Assembly: GCA_963920595.1 (NCBI GenBank)
Contig: OY986948.1
Location: 5,146,001-5,210,000 of the forward strand
Source: Eimeria praecox
Lineage: Eukaryota
DNA length: 64,000 nt
Reading direction: 5' to 3'
In this document: positions 25,701-39,100 of the stretch, one piece after another
Layout: each line of letters opens with the position of its first letter
How positions within the stretch are numbered: the first letter of the stretch is position 1
Notes under the pieces: generated by a model
Seen by the model: the letters and a program-made list of their open reading frames with translations, nothing else
Database searches by the model: none
What the model was told of the DNA's origin: nothing
Made by a program: the position numbers and the translations under genes

Positions 25701-28700
25701 AGTCTTCTCCAGGCGCAGGAGCAGACAGACAGAATGTTCAGGCTTCGTTGCGAGTAGAAGGCATTGCATTGCATGCAAGTGCATCTATATCAAAGGCTTG
25801 ATGCTTCCAGTCCGTTGACCCAAATTCAGTGATATTCGTCTAGCTGTGACGCTGCGTACGACTCCCCTCCGATGCGTCTTAATGAACTTGTCTTTTTTCA
25901 AGGGAACTGCAGGCAAGGCCTGCTAAATGAAAACGGCGAGCCGGAAGGGCATTTGTTCTTTGCGAAGTATGCATACCTGTTTAGCAAGTAAGCAGGCAAT
26001 ATTCTAACACTATTTCGAAGTCGGAGCTATCAGGGGGCCGAGCTGTGCGCAACGGTGTTCCAACAACCACAAATAATTTACTTCCCATGCTATTCGCCCT
26101 GTGCTCTTTATTTTACTAGTGGGTGCGTTTCCAAGCAGGCAAACAGGCCAAGGCCCGCCTAACGAAGCGGTTGGCAGGCTGCTTAATCGGGATTGGGACA
26201 TTTATTGGACTACATTATTCTTCGCGCGCGACGCAGAGTGCCCAATGCAATCTAGCGTTGGTGTGCAATGGGTTCGAAAAAGATGCAACTTGAGCGAGGA
26301 GCCCACAAAAGGAGACGTCTTCTGCCTACTTATCCAGCAGTGCTCCACTATGCATGAACTGCCAGTACTGTGCAACGATACGGGGATTCCAGCGGATTTG
26401 CACTGGCAAGGCTCCAAACGAAGTAGAGCACTCACGCGTCTCGCAATCCTGCGGCAGGCTGGTTTGGGCTTCCGCCTGCCCCAAAAGGTTGAGGTACCCC
26501 CCTTGCCACAGCCGAAGGTGCTGAAGTTAGGTCCGAGCGGCATTTCGCTCGTTTTTATCATAGCCTGTAAGCTGCCGCCACCATTGGTGTCTTGCCTGCC
26601 CATCCGCATTTCATTATATCTGCTAGAGAAGTGTAAAACGCCAGCAATCGTGTAGGCTGAGGTGTCAAGGCAAGTGTTCGAAGAAATCACTTAAAACATA
26701 AGGTTTGCTGCGCAACGATTAAACGCTACAAGCGCTCGACTATTCAAGTTACGATACTACGTACCACCTGGGCAACTGCTTAATGAAGCTCCACCTGCTG
26801 TGCCGATATCTTAAGAAATTCGCCCCGTATTGTGGGTCTTTGAAGAATAGAAGCGTATGGCGCTGCAATGCTGCTTGGTAGTGCATTGCCTGCCTGGAAA
26901 TGTGAACGCTCGCTATTCAAGCAACAGCAACACGTCAATACCTCATTTGTCTAGCCTGTACGCCCATTGGCTTGTCTGATACATCGGAATGCCGTTCAAG
27001 GCCATGCGGAGGGTAAAGGAGGAAACGGCATGGCTGGCTGCTTGTGCCAGCCAACCCGCACTCATGCCAAGCACTTTGAAGTATGACCGGCGGAGTCGCC
27101 TGTCTAGAGTTATTTCGGTAGTTGGTTTTGAGTGCGCGGATGAATTTCGGCTCGTTGAATGCTGTAGGTTCGTCCGCAAAGACGTTGCGGGAAGCGGATG
27201 TGGATATACTGCAGCCTTAAGTTGGAGCTTTACGACGGATTTGGTGCTTTGGATGTGAAATCAACGCAGAAAGTAGGTTTGCATATTTGGAATGGGAAAT
27301 CGAAAAAGAGCCTTTGCTTGAGGGGGAGACGTGCACTACGAGACTGCGTTGGTGGCAGTTGTCCCTACTTTGGCGCAGTTACTTACCCGCCTTTGCGTTT
27401 AGAGTAGGTGCAGTTTGTGAATGCATCAATGGCTTGAAACCGAGCTAGGCATCTCACAGGAAGGTGGTCACTGAACCGCAGCATAGTAAAGAGGAAGACC
27501 ACGGGAGGCAGGCCGTCGGCATCCACGCTGCGGATGTTTTCTGAAGCTTTAAACATTTGGTATTTGCGTTGGTCTTCCAGCAGGAGGTGATTCGAAGAGG
27601 GCGGCCCTTGCATCCAGCTGCCTCGTTTATCAGTCGGTAAGGAGCTTGGGGGAGGATGGGTCGCCGTGGTAGAAATCGCCTTCCTCTGCTGTTAGAAGCA
27701 TATGCCGTAAGTGACGGAGATCTAATGTGGGTGCATGTGGGGACATCGTGGGGTGATGCAACGTGTGTTGGCGGCTGTATGTGGGCTGTATGGCGAAGCC
27801 TTCTTTCGCGACAGTATCACACGCTGTTTTGGCCAGGACGTATGCGCCTAGAATCATTTCACCCTTGGTCTCCTTTGGTATCTACTGAGGCGAGTTCTTT
27901 GGGCACTACGATATGCGTTTGCGAACCATGGTCGGGCATCACAAACGGTGCCCGACCCTGTCTCAGGCAATCGGTGAGACAGCAAATGCAGAGCGCACTG
28001 CATGGCTGGAGACAGCAACGAATACGCATTGGTTTTTATCAAGCTTTTAGCAGGTTTGACGGCCAGCCCGGATATGTATGATTGCACTTGTTTTCCATGC
28101 GACGGGAGTAGCGGAGGGCAGGACGGGGCCGATGGCGCAATCAACATGAACTGGGCAAATGCTGATGGTCCTTGGACGGAAGAAGGCGGGAATTGTGTCC
28201 TATTGCTCCTATTGCTCACCTATTGGTAAATAGAGAAGCAAACAAAACTCATAGTATAGGCGTGTGCTTTTTCATTGGCAAGGTTAGATCAGCTGTATTC
28301 TGTAAACGGCAAGTGAAATTGCCCTATATGCCTCAACGTTTCGTTCAAGAGCTGGGTTGAGTGCATGCTACCTGCATCGCAAGCGCAAGCCGTTCATGCC
28401 AGCATATGTCCGCGTTCAGTGGGAGATCCCCTTTCCTTGCTGAGGTAACGCGCATTTTGCCCAGGAAGTATGCGCATATAATAGCGGACAGATGGGGGAG
28501 GGTGTTGAAGGGGGGGTAACGGCCAGCGTTCGAAGTAACAAATGTGTGGCATCGTAAGCGCATGGACGTTATGCTACCGGTTCTTTAACGGGATCACACT
28601 ATGGGAGAAGCGTTAAAGCAGGTATAGCTGAGCTTCCCAAAGCTTTCATGCTTGCTTTAGGAAACGTGCACACCCCAGAGCGGCAGGGAATCATCTCGTT

Positions 28701-31700
28701 ATGCTGATGCACATCTTTGGCATTCCTTAGGCTTGGTGCTTCAGTGCCTCGGTTTGCATTACGGTATGTTATTAGAAGGTGCTGTGTGGACTGGCTAAGA
28801 CAGCATGTGTGCAGTGCGACACAGATCAGGCGCGGCGAAGGCGAGGTCCGATGCACCTGGCCGAGTGGTGGGCGGGGTGGGGTCGGTGGTGCGGCTCGGA
28901 GTGCTGATCTACACCGGCATGCCTGTGCCTAATATGAGTGAGCGTACAGCACCTAGTTATGGGCGGGCGCATAGCTTGGCGATATCACTGGAATTGTATG
29001 GTTCTCAAGTGCGTGCATGCGGCACGTCTATCTTTGTCATTCAGTATGCTGTTCTCGCTGTTCAAGCTTTATCGCACCTGCGCGTAAAAGGCTGAACAAC
29101 GGGTTGGATGATCCTGTATTCTGCGCGCGCCCTCCATTCATCGTACCCTAGAAGCTTTTCTATTGCCGTCGGCCTTTCAGCAGAAAGCGACTTGATGCAG
29201 CGCTCCTACGGAGCTATGATGAATATGCATGCTGCGCTTATTGAAGGCGATTACATGCTCGCAGATGTACAGATGCGGCATTCAGTGGCGTGTCATGCTG
29301 CTCAGGCCGTATGCGCTTAGTTTTCATCGACAGTTGTGAAGGTTTCCAGAGGGCTGCAGAGAGCACCCTGAGCCGCGAATGTGAGGCCTGCTGAGGCCAT
29401 GCACCTACTCCGAGTCATATTCGTATTTGCATGCCGGCGTGGTCGGTGCCTAAACGCTGGTGTTTTTGTGTGTTCAGCAACATATGCGTTTGTAGAAGGG
29501 AACTTGCTCAAACAGGGGAGGCGCGGAATGGCTTTGCTTGAGCAGTGCGATTCTTCGGTGTTCTTAGTGGAAGAAGGGTGGCGCGAAGGTTGTATTTGCA
29601 TTTGCTGGAGAGGTTCTGGTATTACAAGGTGCACGACAAGCTACCGCTGTATGGGGTTATTCCAGTATCAGTGCAGCCCGATGCAATACAAAATCCAGGA
29701 TTCTGACTATTTAGGGAGCGGGACGGGTGATGGCCGATGTGGTGTAAGCACTGTGGTGCGGACGACTGCTGTGCATGGGTCTGCGTAGGTGGACGTGCAG
29801 CAAGTATTTTGATGCTGGTGATTGGCTTTACGCGAGATGTGGAAATGTTTGGTCTTCGCGTGAATGGTTTGCGCGAGTGTGTGCATAATGGTCAGTCATT
29901 TTGCGCTTCTTGTAATCAAGGTTTGGGCGGTTGTAGAGGGAATTGCGTGATCTGCGTGGTGACCTGTGCTGCCTTGCGCAGGTGCAGGTCAGGCCATTTA
30001 TCATATATTGCAAGCTTTTCCTGTCTCATCGGCCTTTCATGAAAATCCTGCTCTTAGTTGTTGCCTAGCATGAGCAGCTGCTTTGTGCCGTGGACAAGCA
30101 TTGTGGGAAGGCCGTGATTTTTATGGAATGCTTTTTCAGAGAATTGGTTGATGCGCATGCTGTTTCATGCATCGAAGGCGAGGGTACTTCTTGCGCTCGT
30201 ATAAGGTAAATCCGTCATGCCTGTCGTCTTTGTTGCAACGGCGTGTGCGTTGCACAGGAAGTATGCGCATAAATTGTATTAGGCATTGTGGAGGTGTTGA
30301 AATAGCTGCCGGGAGTACTTTGAGGAGCGAGTGTGAGACCTGCTGAGGCCATGCACGTAGTTCGAGTCAGAGTTTGATTGGCATGTCGGCTTGGCCGGCA
30401 GGTGAAACTGTGCGTTCAGCAACATATACGTGTGTAGAAGGGAACTTGGACGAGCATGGGAAGCGCGGAATGGCTTTGCTCGAGCAGTGCGATTCTTCGG
30501 TGTTCTTAGGGGAAGGGTGGCGGGGAGGTTGTATTTGCATTTGCCGGAGAGGTTCTGGCATTACAAGGTGCCGGACAAGCTACCGATGTATCTGGTTATT
30601 GCAGTGTCAGTGCAGCGCGATGCAATACGAAATCCAGGATTCTGACTATTTAGGGAGCGGGACGGGTGATGGCCGATGTGGTGTAAGCACTGTGGTGCGG
30701 ACGACTGCTGTGCATGGGTCTGCGTAGGTGGACGTGCAGCAAGTATTTTGATGCTGGTGTTTGGCTTTACGCGAGATGTGGAAATGTTTGGCCTTCGCGT
30801 GAATGGTTTGCGCGAGTGTGTGCATAATGGTCAGTCATTTTGCGCTTCTTGTAATCAAGGTTTGGGCGGTTGTAGAGGGAATTGCGTGATCTGCGTGGTG
30901 ACCTGTGCTGTCTTGCGCAGGTGCAGGTCAGGCCATTCATGTCTCATCAGCCTTTCATCAAGGTCCTGATCTTAGTCGCTGCTTAGCATGAGCAGCTGCT
31001 TTGTGTCGTGGACAAGCATTGTGGGAAGGCCGTGATTTTTATAGAATGCTTTTTCAGAGAATTGGTCGATGCGCATGCTGTTTCATGCATCGAAGGCGAG
31101 GGTACGTCAGGCGCGCGTATAAGGTGGATCCGTCACGCCTGCCGTCTTTGTTGCAGCGGCTTGTGCGATGCACAGAACGTATGCGCATAAATTGTATTAG
31201 CCGTTGTGGAGGTGTTGAAATAGCTGCCCGGAGTACTTTGAGGAGCGAGTGGGAGACCTGCTGAGGCCATGCACGTAGTTCGAGTCAGAGTTTGATTGGC
31301 ATGTCGGCTTGGCCGGCAGGTGAAACTGTGCATTCAGCAACATATACGTTTGTTGAGGGGAACTTGCTCAAACAGGGGAAGCGCGGAATGGCTTTGCTTG
31401 AGCAGTGCGATTTTTCGGTGTTCTTAGGGGAAGGGTGGCGCGGAGGTTGTATATGCATTTGCTGGAGAGGTTCTGGTATTACAAGGTGCACGACAAGCTG
31501 CCGCTGTATGGGGTTATTCCAGTATCAGTGCAGCGCGATACAATACAAAATCCAGGATTCTGAATATTTAGGGAGCGGGACGGGTGATGGCCGATGTGGT
31601 GTAAGCACTGTGGTGCGGACGACTGCTGTGCATGGGTCTGCGTAGGTGGACGTGCAGCAAGTATTTTGATGCTGGTGTTTGGCTTTACGCGAGATGTGGA

Positions 31701-33135
31701 AATGTTTGGCCTTCGCGTGAATGGTTTGCGCGAGTGCGTGCATAATGGTCAGTCACTTTGCGCTTCTTGTAATCAAGGTTTGGGCGGTTGTAGAGGGAAT
31801 TGCGTGATCTGCGTGGTGACCTGTGCTGCCTTGCGCAGGTGCAGGTCAGGCCTTTCATGTCTCATCGGCCTTTCATGAAAATCCTGCTCTTAGTCGTTGC
31901 CTAGCGTGTGCAGCTGCTTTGTGTCGTGGACAAGCATTGTGGGAAGGTCGTGAATTTTATAGAATGCTTGTTCAGAAAATTGGCCGATTCATATGTTGTT
32001 GGATACATGGAAAGGGACCTTAATTCGTTCGTGCGTATAAGGCAGATCCGTCACGGTTGTCGTTTTTGTTTCCACGGCGTGTATGATGCTCAGGACGTAT
32101 GCGCATAAATTGTATTAGCCGTTGTGGAGGTGTTGAAATAGCTGCCGGGAGTACTCTGAGCAGCGAGCGTAAGGCCTGCTGAGGGTACGCCCCTCCTCCA
32201 AGGCGCTGTTCTACGTGCATGCTCTTTTGAGAGTAGCTCGGGAGCAGTAGTAGCTGCGAACTTAAAAACACTCGTGCTTATAGGGAACGTGAAGGGAAGA
32301 AGCGTTTTCGTCTTATGTACGGTTTGCTCATTGTAGGTGGGTTTGTGGGTCTGGATGGGGAATGAGTGCTGCATGGGGTGTTACACTGCCGAATGTACCG
32401 TAAGAAATGTTTGAGGAAGGGCCTGATTTCGATGCTTGGTCACCTTGCAACAGTCATATTTGGCTATAGTGCACACCTCACGTATTTGTGCTGCCTGCGT
32501 GAAGTGGCCTATGGGTACGTTTCCGGAGGGTGAGAGCAGAGCAGGTGAAGATGCAAACGTGCACGGATTTGAAGTCAAGCAGAAGTCATACACAAGGCGC
32601 GAAGCCGCCGTTGTGAAGGAGATGAAGGGCATGGAATCTGTTCGCAACGTCTAAGGAATTAGGTAATACATTCGAAGCAACTCTCACGGTGCCGTGTATG
32701 CAAGCACGTCTTTGACAAAGCCTAGATTGGACACAGAGCTGAGATATTGCATGTTGGTCAGGACAGCAGGCCAGCAGTAGCGTGGTCTGCTACGGCCTGT
32801 CCGTAGATACTCTTTTCTTGAGCTCCTTTTGTATTTTGGAGCATTGGTTGTAATTAATCCCGTTAACTGTGGGGACAGGCGTTTGCACAGGCAGCAACGA
32901 GGGCTTTCACGGCACATGCTGTGTGGCATTGGCTGCAGTGTTGGACACAAGGCGCATACGGCGCCTCCTGCGGCTTGTCTTACATGCATGCGTTTTGAGC
33001 TATGTTAGGCATCAGGCTAGCAATGATCCCGAATATTTACAGAGTGCAAGAAGGTGCATTGACAGCGTATGGCGTTTGGCAATATGTTTGGTGCCTTGCA
33101 GAAGGTGCGCATGGTGGCTCATATTGGCTGACTGT
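22769..33135. repeat. Large unit copy 3 (10367 bp; three 918-type sub-repeats)
   Basis: Anchor-to-anchor distance. Has a private 9-bp deletion near 27225. Confidence 0.95.
29381..32184. repeat. 918-bp tandem sub-array, cluster 3 (3 copies)
   Basis: Cores at ~29714, ~30653 and ~31571. Confidence 0.96.
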
Positions 33136-36100
33136 CCATCCTCGTGCTTAGAGCGAGGATTGCGTTCAGGAGCATAGGCAGGTATTGGAACCGTTGAGCA
33201 GAGGAGCAGGCATATGCATGGAGGGCAGAAAGGTGCGTTGACGGGGTACGCTGAATGGCAGTAGACGCGGTGTTTCACAGACGGTGCGTACAGTGTCTGC
33301 TTTGGTGTGCCTATCCTCCCTGGAGGTTTAAACACTTTTCGTGTTTCGAAGGATAGTTTAGTATTGGCTGGGTACGGTAACGGATATTTGCAGAGAGAGC
33401 AACAAGGGGTTCCAGGATGGATGGCGTGTGGCAGTAGATATGGTTCCTTCACAGCCGGTGAGCTGTTTGGTTTTCTGTGGCCAGTCCGGTGCATCCAATA
33501 TGACGTATCGCATGCTGCCGAAGCAGCTAGCCATTGGATCTGCATCTGCAGTGCCTATGTCGTAGGATATTCGTTGCCGTAGTTTTGGTGCGCATTGAGG
33601 CGAGCTGACGCATTGCCCACCTCGCAGCATGGCGTCGCTGGTTTAACGAAGTCTATTGTCCAGCCTGTACGCACGTTGGCTTGCTTGATGTGCATGATGC
33701 TTGTGAAGTCGAATCGTCACTGGACGCACAGTGAAGAAGGATACAGCATGCCCGGAAAGCTGTGCCAATCCGCACTGTTTACAAGCGTTCTGCAGCACGA
33801 GTAGCCGACTTACTTGCCTACGCAAGGCCTGCTGGCTGCTTTGGAAGCCATATACTGAATTCGAATGCTTTCTATGTCTCAGGTCAATCTCTCAAAACCT
33901 TGGACCAAGCGGATGTGGATATTCTGCTACCGTAGGTGATAAGCGGAGCCGTACGACGGATCTCGTCTGAGTGGTGCATAACCAACGCAGGGAGTGGGTC
34001 TGCATAGGTGAAGTGTGAAATCCAAGACAAGCAAGCTCTGTTTGAGGAGGCGATACTCGCCATGCCTTTTCATCGAAAAGCGCGATGCTCATGGTAACGG
34101 CTTGATGAATATACCGAACAAACAACCACGCTTTGCCTGAACAATCCTGCCCAGAAAATCAAGGCATGCATAGGATAACTGGAGGAAGAGGGCGAGACAG
34201 TCGAGATGGCAGTGCGCGGAGGCGACCAACGGGGAGGCCTCTGAAAGGGCCGTAGATAGGGCGTCACTCTGCTTGCTCATCGGCTGCCGACTTTGGATTT
34301 GCTTCCGTGAGCGGTTGCAATGGTATAAGCATCTCCTCCAGAGAGCATGATCGCAGACAGTTGAATACGTTGAATAAATGCTCGTCTTGATGGCCGTACA
34401 AATCCTTCTGCGAATCCTGCTTAGAAACCCGCAAGCGCATTGAAGCGCAAGCGTGCCAGTGCGCGAAGGGGCGATTCTTCTTGTGCAAAAAAGCCTACAA
34501 GAAGAAATGCCATTTACTTCGTCATGAGCGTGCTCAGCCCATTGCTTCCTATGGTGTGCGAAAACTTTATGACGGCATGGGAGTTGGATGAGCTTGGCTT
34601 TGTCGGGGCACTAAACTAAGCAAGCATTCCTGCGCCTTGTAGCCTGGCGGCAGGCTGACTTGGGTTTACATTTGCCTTCGCCGGCGCCAGTCGTTTATCG
34701 ACTTTCCTAAGCTAATGGAAATTGTGCTGAGAATTTGCGACTGTCCGGTCAGCGCGTATGCAAGCAGTTCTTACAAGCCGTTTTTTCGTTGCTTATGAGT
34801 CATTAACAAGCGGCGTAGCCAGCCAGTGTTCAGCAGGGTGCTTGCATGCATGCTGTAGTGTTGTTTCGCTTCACTTGCAGCACAGCAGCACAGCGTGGAG
34901 TTGTGGGATGCTTGCCGAACACATACATGAGAGGTGATAATTGGGTAGGCAGCAACCAGCTTTTTAGCCCAGAGGTGTATAACCGCCTGGTGGGACGCAG
35001 CTGGTGCGGTTCGCTGCACCTGCAGCTGTAGATATCCAGCTGTATATCTCCATGCAAATGCCCTCTTGAGGGGGCTGACGCGCTACGTGCGTTCACGTGG
35101 GATGAATGGAAGAATCCGACAGTGTTTACCATTTCGAAGGTTGGTGGATTAGGACTAACGAACTAAGTGGCAAGCAATTGTATTGGTAGGGGGCATAAAC
35201 GTAGTAGTGCCAGCGCGTTATAACCAGATCCATTGTGAGCTTGGAACCCCACAAGAAGTGATGCGCTATGCCTCCTTATCACAATGTGCTCCCCTAACCA
35301 TGGATTGCGAGCTGTGTCTAACAACATGGGGGCTCGAGTGGCTTTGAGCTCAGGTGGCCCTGCATCGAGCAGAGTAGTCATGCTTCCCGTTGTTTGGCGG
35401 TACCCTGGTTTGGGTGTGCGCCTGTCTGACAAGGGTTTTCCAATGCCATGACGAAGTAGCAGGTGCTAGAATGATAGCTGAATGGCCTTTCGCTCGGGTT
35501 TGCTTTAGAGCGTGAGCTGGCACCAGAAGACGTTTCTCAACTGCCCAAGCAAACTTGATAGAGCCTGTTAGAAGAGTGTATTAAAGAGCCTGTGACTTTC
35601 TAGGTTAAATTTAAACGGAGGGCGCTCGAAAGAAGCACTTCAAGCACCAGCTTTTCTCGTAGCGATTGAACGTTATACGATGCAGAATAACAAGCACTAT
35701 TTGGGCAGGCACTACCTGGGCAGGTATCCAGTGAAACTGCATCCGCAGTGCCTACAAGTTTGTACCTTGACTTCCCCTGTTCTGGCTTTTCAAGTCGATG
35801 AGCTGCCACATGGTCACGTAGCGTGCTGGGAGCACAGTGATCAAGGCTGCGACGCGACCGTGGCCACAATGCTCAGGGCATGCGCAGTTTCATAAACGTT
35901 AGAAGCGCCGCAAACGCGACATTGTGTGCCATTTCAAAGAATCGACCAAATCAGTTCGTATGCCTCCCGTCAGTTTGCTTGGTTTGCGGTTAAGTGCTGT
36001 GGTGATAGCGATGATCCTCCCAGTGTATGCTTTAGTCTAAACGTCGGGATTCTGTCCATAAAATGAGAGTCTTCTCCAGGCGCAGGAGCAGACAGACAGA

Positions 36101-39100
36101 ATGTTCAGGCTTCGTTGCGAGTAGAAGGCATTGCATTGCATGCAAGTGCATCTATATCAAAGGCTTGATGCTTCCAGTCCGTTGACCCAAATTCAGTGAT
36201 ATTCGTCTAGCTGTGACGCTGCGTACGACTCCCCTCCGATGCGTCTTAATGAACTTGTCTTTTTTCAAGGGAACTGCAGGCAAGGCCTGCTAAATGAAAA
36301 CGGCGAGCCGGAAGGGCATTTGTTCTTTGCGAAGTATGCATACCTGTTTAGCAAGTAAGCAGGCAATATTCTAACACTATTTCGAAGTCGGAGCTATCAG
36401 GGGGCCGAGCTGTGCGCAACGGTGTTCCAACAACCACAAATAATTTACTTCCCATGCTATTCGCCCTGTGCTCTTTATTTTACTAGTGGGTGCGTTTCCA
36501 AGCAGGCAAACAGGCCAAGGCCCGCCTAACGAAGCGGTTGGCAGGCTGCTTAATCGGGATTGGGACATTTATTGGACTACATTATTCTTCGCGCGCGACG
36601 CAGAGTGCCCAATGCAATCTAGCGTTGGTGTGCAGTGGGTTCGAAAAAGATGCAACTTGAGCGAGGAGCCCACAAAAGGAGACGTCTTCTGCCTACTTAT
36701 CCAGCAGTGCTCCACTATGCATGAACTGCCAGTACTGCGCAACGATACGGGGATTCCAGCGGATTTGCACTGGCAAGGCTCCAAACGAAGTAGAGCACTC
36801 ATGCGTCTCGCAATCCTGCGGCAGGCTGGTTTGGGCTTCCGCCTGCCCCAAAAGGTTGAGGTACCCCCCTTGCCACAGCCGAAGGTGCTGAAGTTAGGTC
36901 CGAGCGGCATTTCGCTCGTTTTTATCATAGCCTATAAGCTGCCGCAGCCATTTGTGTCTTGCCTGCCCATCTGCATTTCATTATATCTGCTAGAGAAGTG
37001 TAAAACGCCAGCAATCGTGTAGGCTGAAGGGTCAAGGCAAGTGTTCGAAGAAACCACTTAAAACATAAGGTTTGCTGCGAAACGATTAAACGCTACAAGT
37101 GCTCGACTATTCAAGTTACGATACTACGTACCACCTGGGCAACTGCTTAATGACGCTCCACCTGCTGTGCCGATATCTTAAGAAATTCGCCCCGTATTGT
37201 GGGTCTTTGACGAATAGAAGCGTATGGCGCTGCAATGCTGCTTGGTAGTGCACTGCCTGCCTGGAAATGTGAACGCTCGCTATTCAAGCAACAGCAACAC
37301 GTCAATACCTCATTTGTCTAACCTGTACGCACATTGGCTTGTCTGATACATGGGAATGCCGTTCAAGGCCATGCGGAGGGTAAAGGAGGAAACGGCATGT
37401 CTGGCTGCTTGTGCCAGCCAACCCGCACTCATGCCAAGCACTTTGAAGTATGACCGGCGGAGTCGCCTGTCAAGAGTTATTTCGGTAGTTGGTTTTGAGT
37501 GCGCGGATGAATTTCGGCTCGTTGAATGCTGTAGGTTCGTCCGCAAAGACGTTGCGGGAAGCGGATGTGGATATACTGCAGCCTTAGGTTGGAACGTTCG
37601 GAGCTTTGCGAAGGATTTGGTGCTTTGGATGCGAAATCAACGCAGGAAGTAGGTTTGCATATTTGGAATGGGAAATCGAAAAAGAGCCTTTGCTTGACGG
37701 GGAGACGTGCACTACGAGACTGCGTTGGTGGCAGTTGTCCCTACTTTGGCGCAGTTACTTACCCGCCTTTGCGTTTAGAGTAGGTGCAGTTTGTGAATGC
37801 ATCAATGGCTTTAAACCGAGCTAGGCATCTCACAGGAAGGTTGTCATTGAACTGCAGCACATAGTAAACAAGACGACCACGGGAGGCAGGCCGTCGGCAT
37901 CCACGCTGCGGATGTTTTCTGAAGCTTTAAACATTTGGTATTTGCGTTGGTCTTCCAGCAGGAGGTGATTCGAAGAGGGCGGCCCTTGCATCCAGCTGCC
38001 TCGTTTATCAGTCGGTAAGGCGCTTGGGGGAGGATGGGTCGCCGTGGTAGAAATCGCCTTCCTCTGCTGTTAGAAGCATATGCCGTAAGTGACGGAGATC
38101 TAATGTGGGTGCATGTGGGGACATCGTGGGGTGATGCAACGTGTGTGGGCGGCTGTATGTGGGCTGTGTGGCGAAGCCTTCTTTCGCGATAGTATCACAC
38201 GCTGTTTTGGCCAGGACGTATGCGCCTAGAATCACTTCACCCTTGGTCTCCTTTGGTATCTACTGAGGCGGGTTCTTTGGGCACTACGATATGCGTTTGC
38301 GAACCATGGTCGGGCATCACAAACGGTGCCCGACCCTGTCTCAGGCAATCGGTGAGACAGCAAATGCAGAGCGCACTGCATGGCTGGAGACAGCAACGAA
38401 TACGCATTGGTTTTTATCAAGCTTTTAGCGGGTTTGACGGCCAGCCCGGATATGTATGATTGCACTTGTTTTCCATGCGACGGGAGTAGCGGAGGGCAGG
38501 ACGGGGCCGGTGGCGCAGTCAACATGAATTGGGCAAATGCTGATGGTCCTTGGACGGAAGAAGGCGAGAATTGTGTCCTATTGCTCACCTATTGGTAAAT
38601 AGAGAAGCAAACAAAACTCATGGTATAGGCGTGTGTTTTTTCATTGGCAAGGTTAGATCAGCTGTATTCTGTAAACGGCAAGTGAAATTGCCCTGAATGC
38701 CACACATTTTCGTTCAAGGGCTGGATTGCGTGCATGCTACCTGCATCGCAAGCGCAAGCCGTTCATGCCAGCATATGTCCGCGTTTTGTGGGCGATCCCC
38801 TTTCCCTGCTGAGGTGACGTGCATTTTGCGCAGAACGTATGCACATATAATGGCGGACAGATGGGGGGAGGGTGTTGAAGGGGGGGTAACGGCCAGCGTT
38901 CGAAGTAACAAATGTGTGGCATCGTAAGCGCATGGACGTTATGCTACCGGTTCTTTAACGGGATCACACTATGGGAGAAGCGTTAAAGCAGGTATAGCTG
39001 AGCTTCCCAAAGCTTTCATGCTTGCTTTAGGAAACGTGCACACCCCAGAGCGGCAGGGAATCATCTCGTTATGCTGATGCACATCTTTGGCATTCTTTAG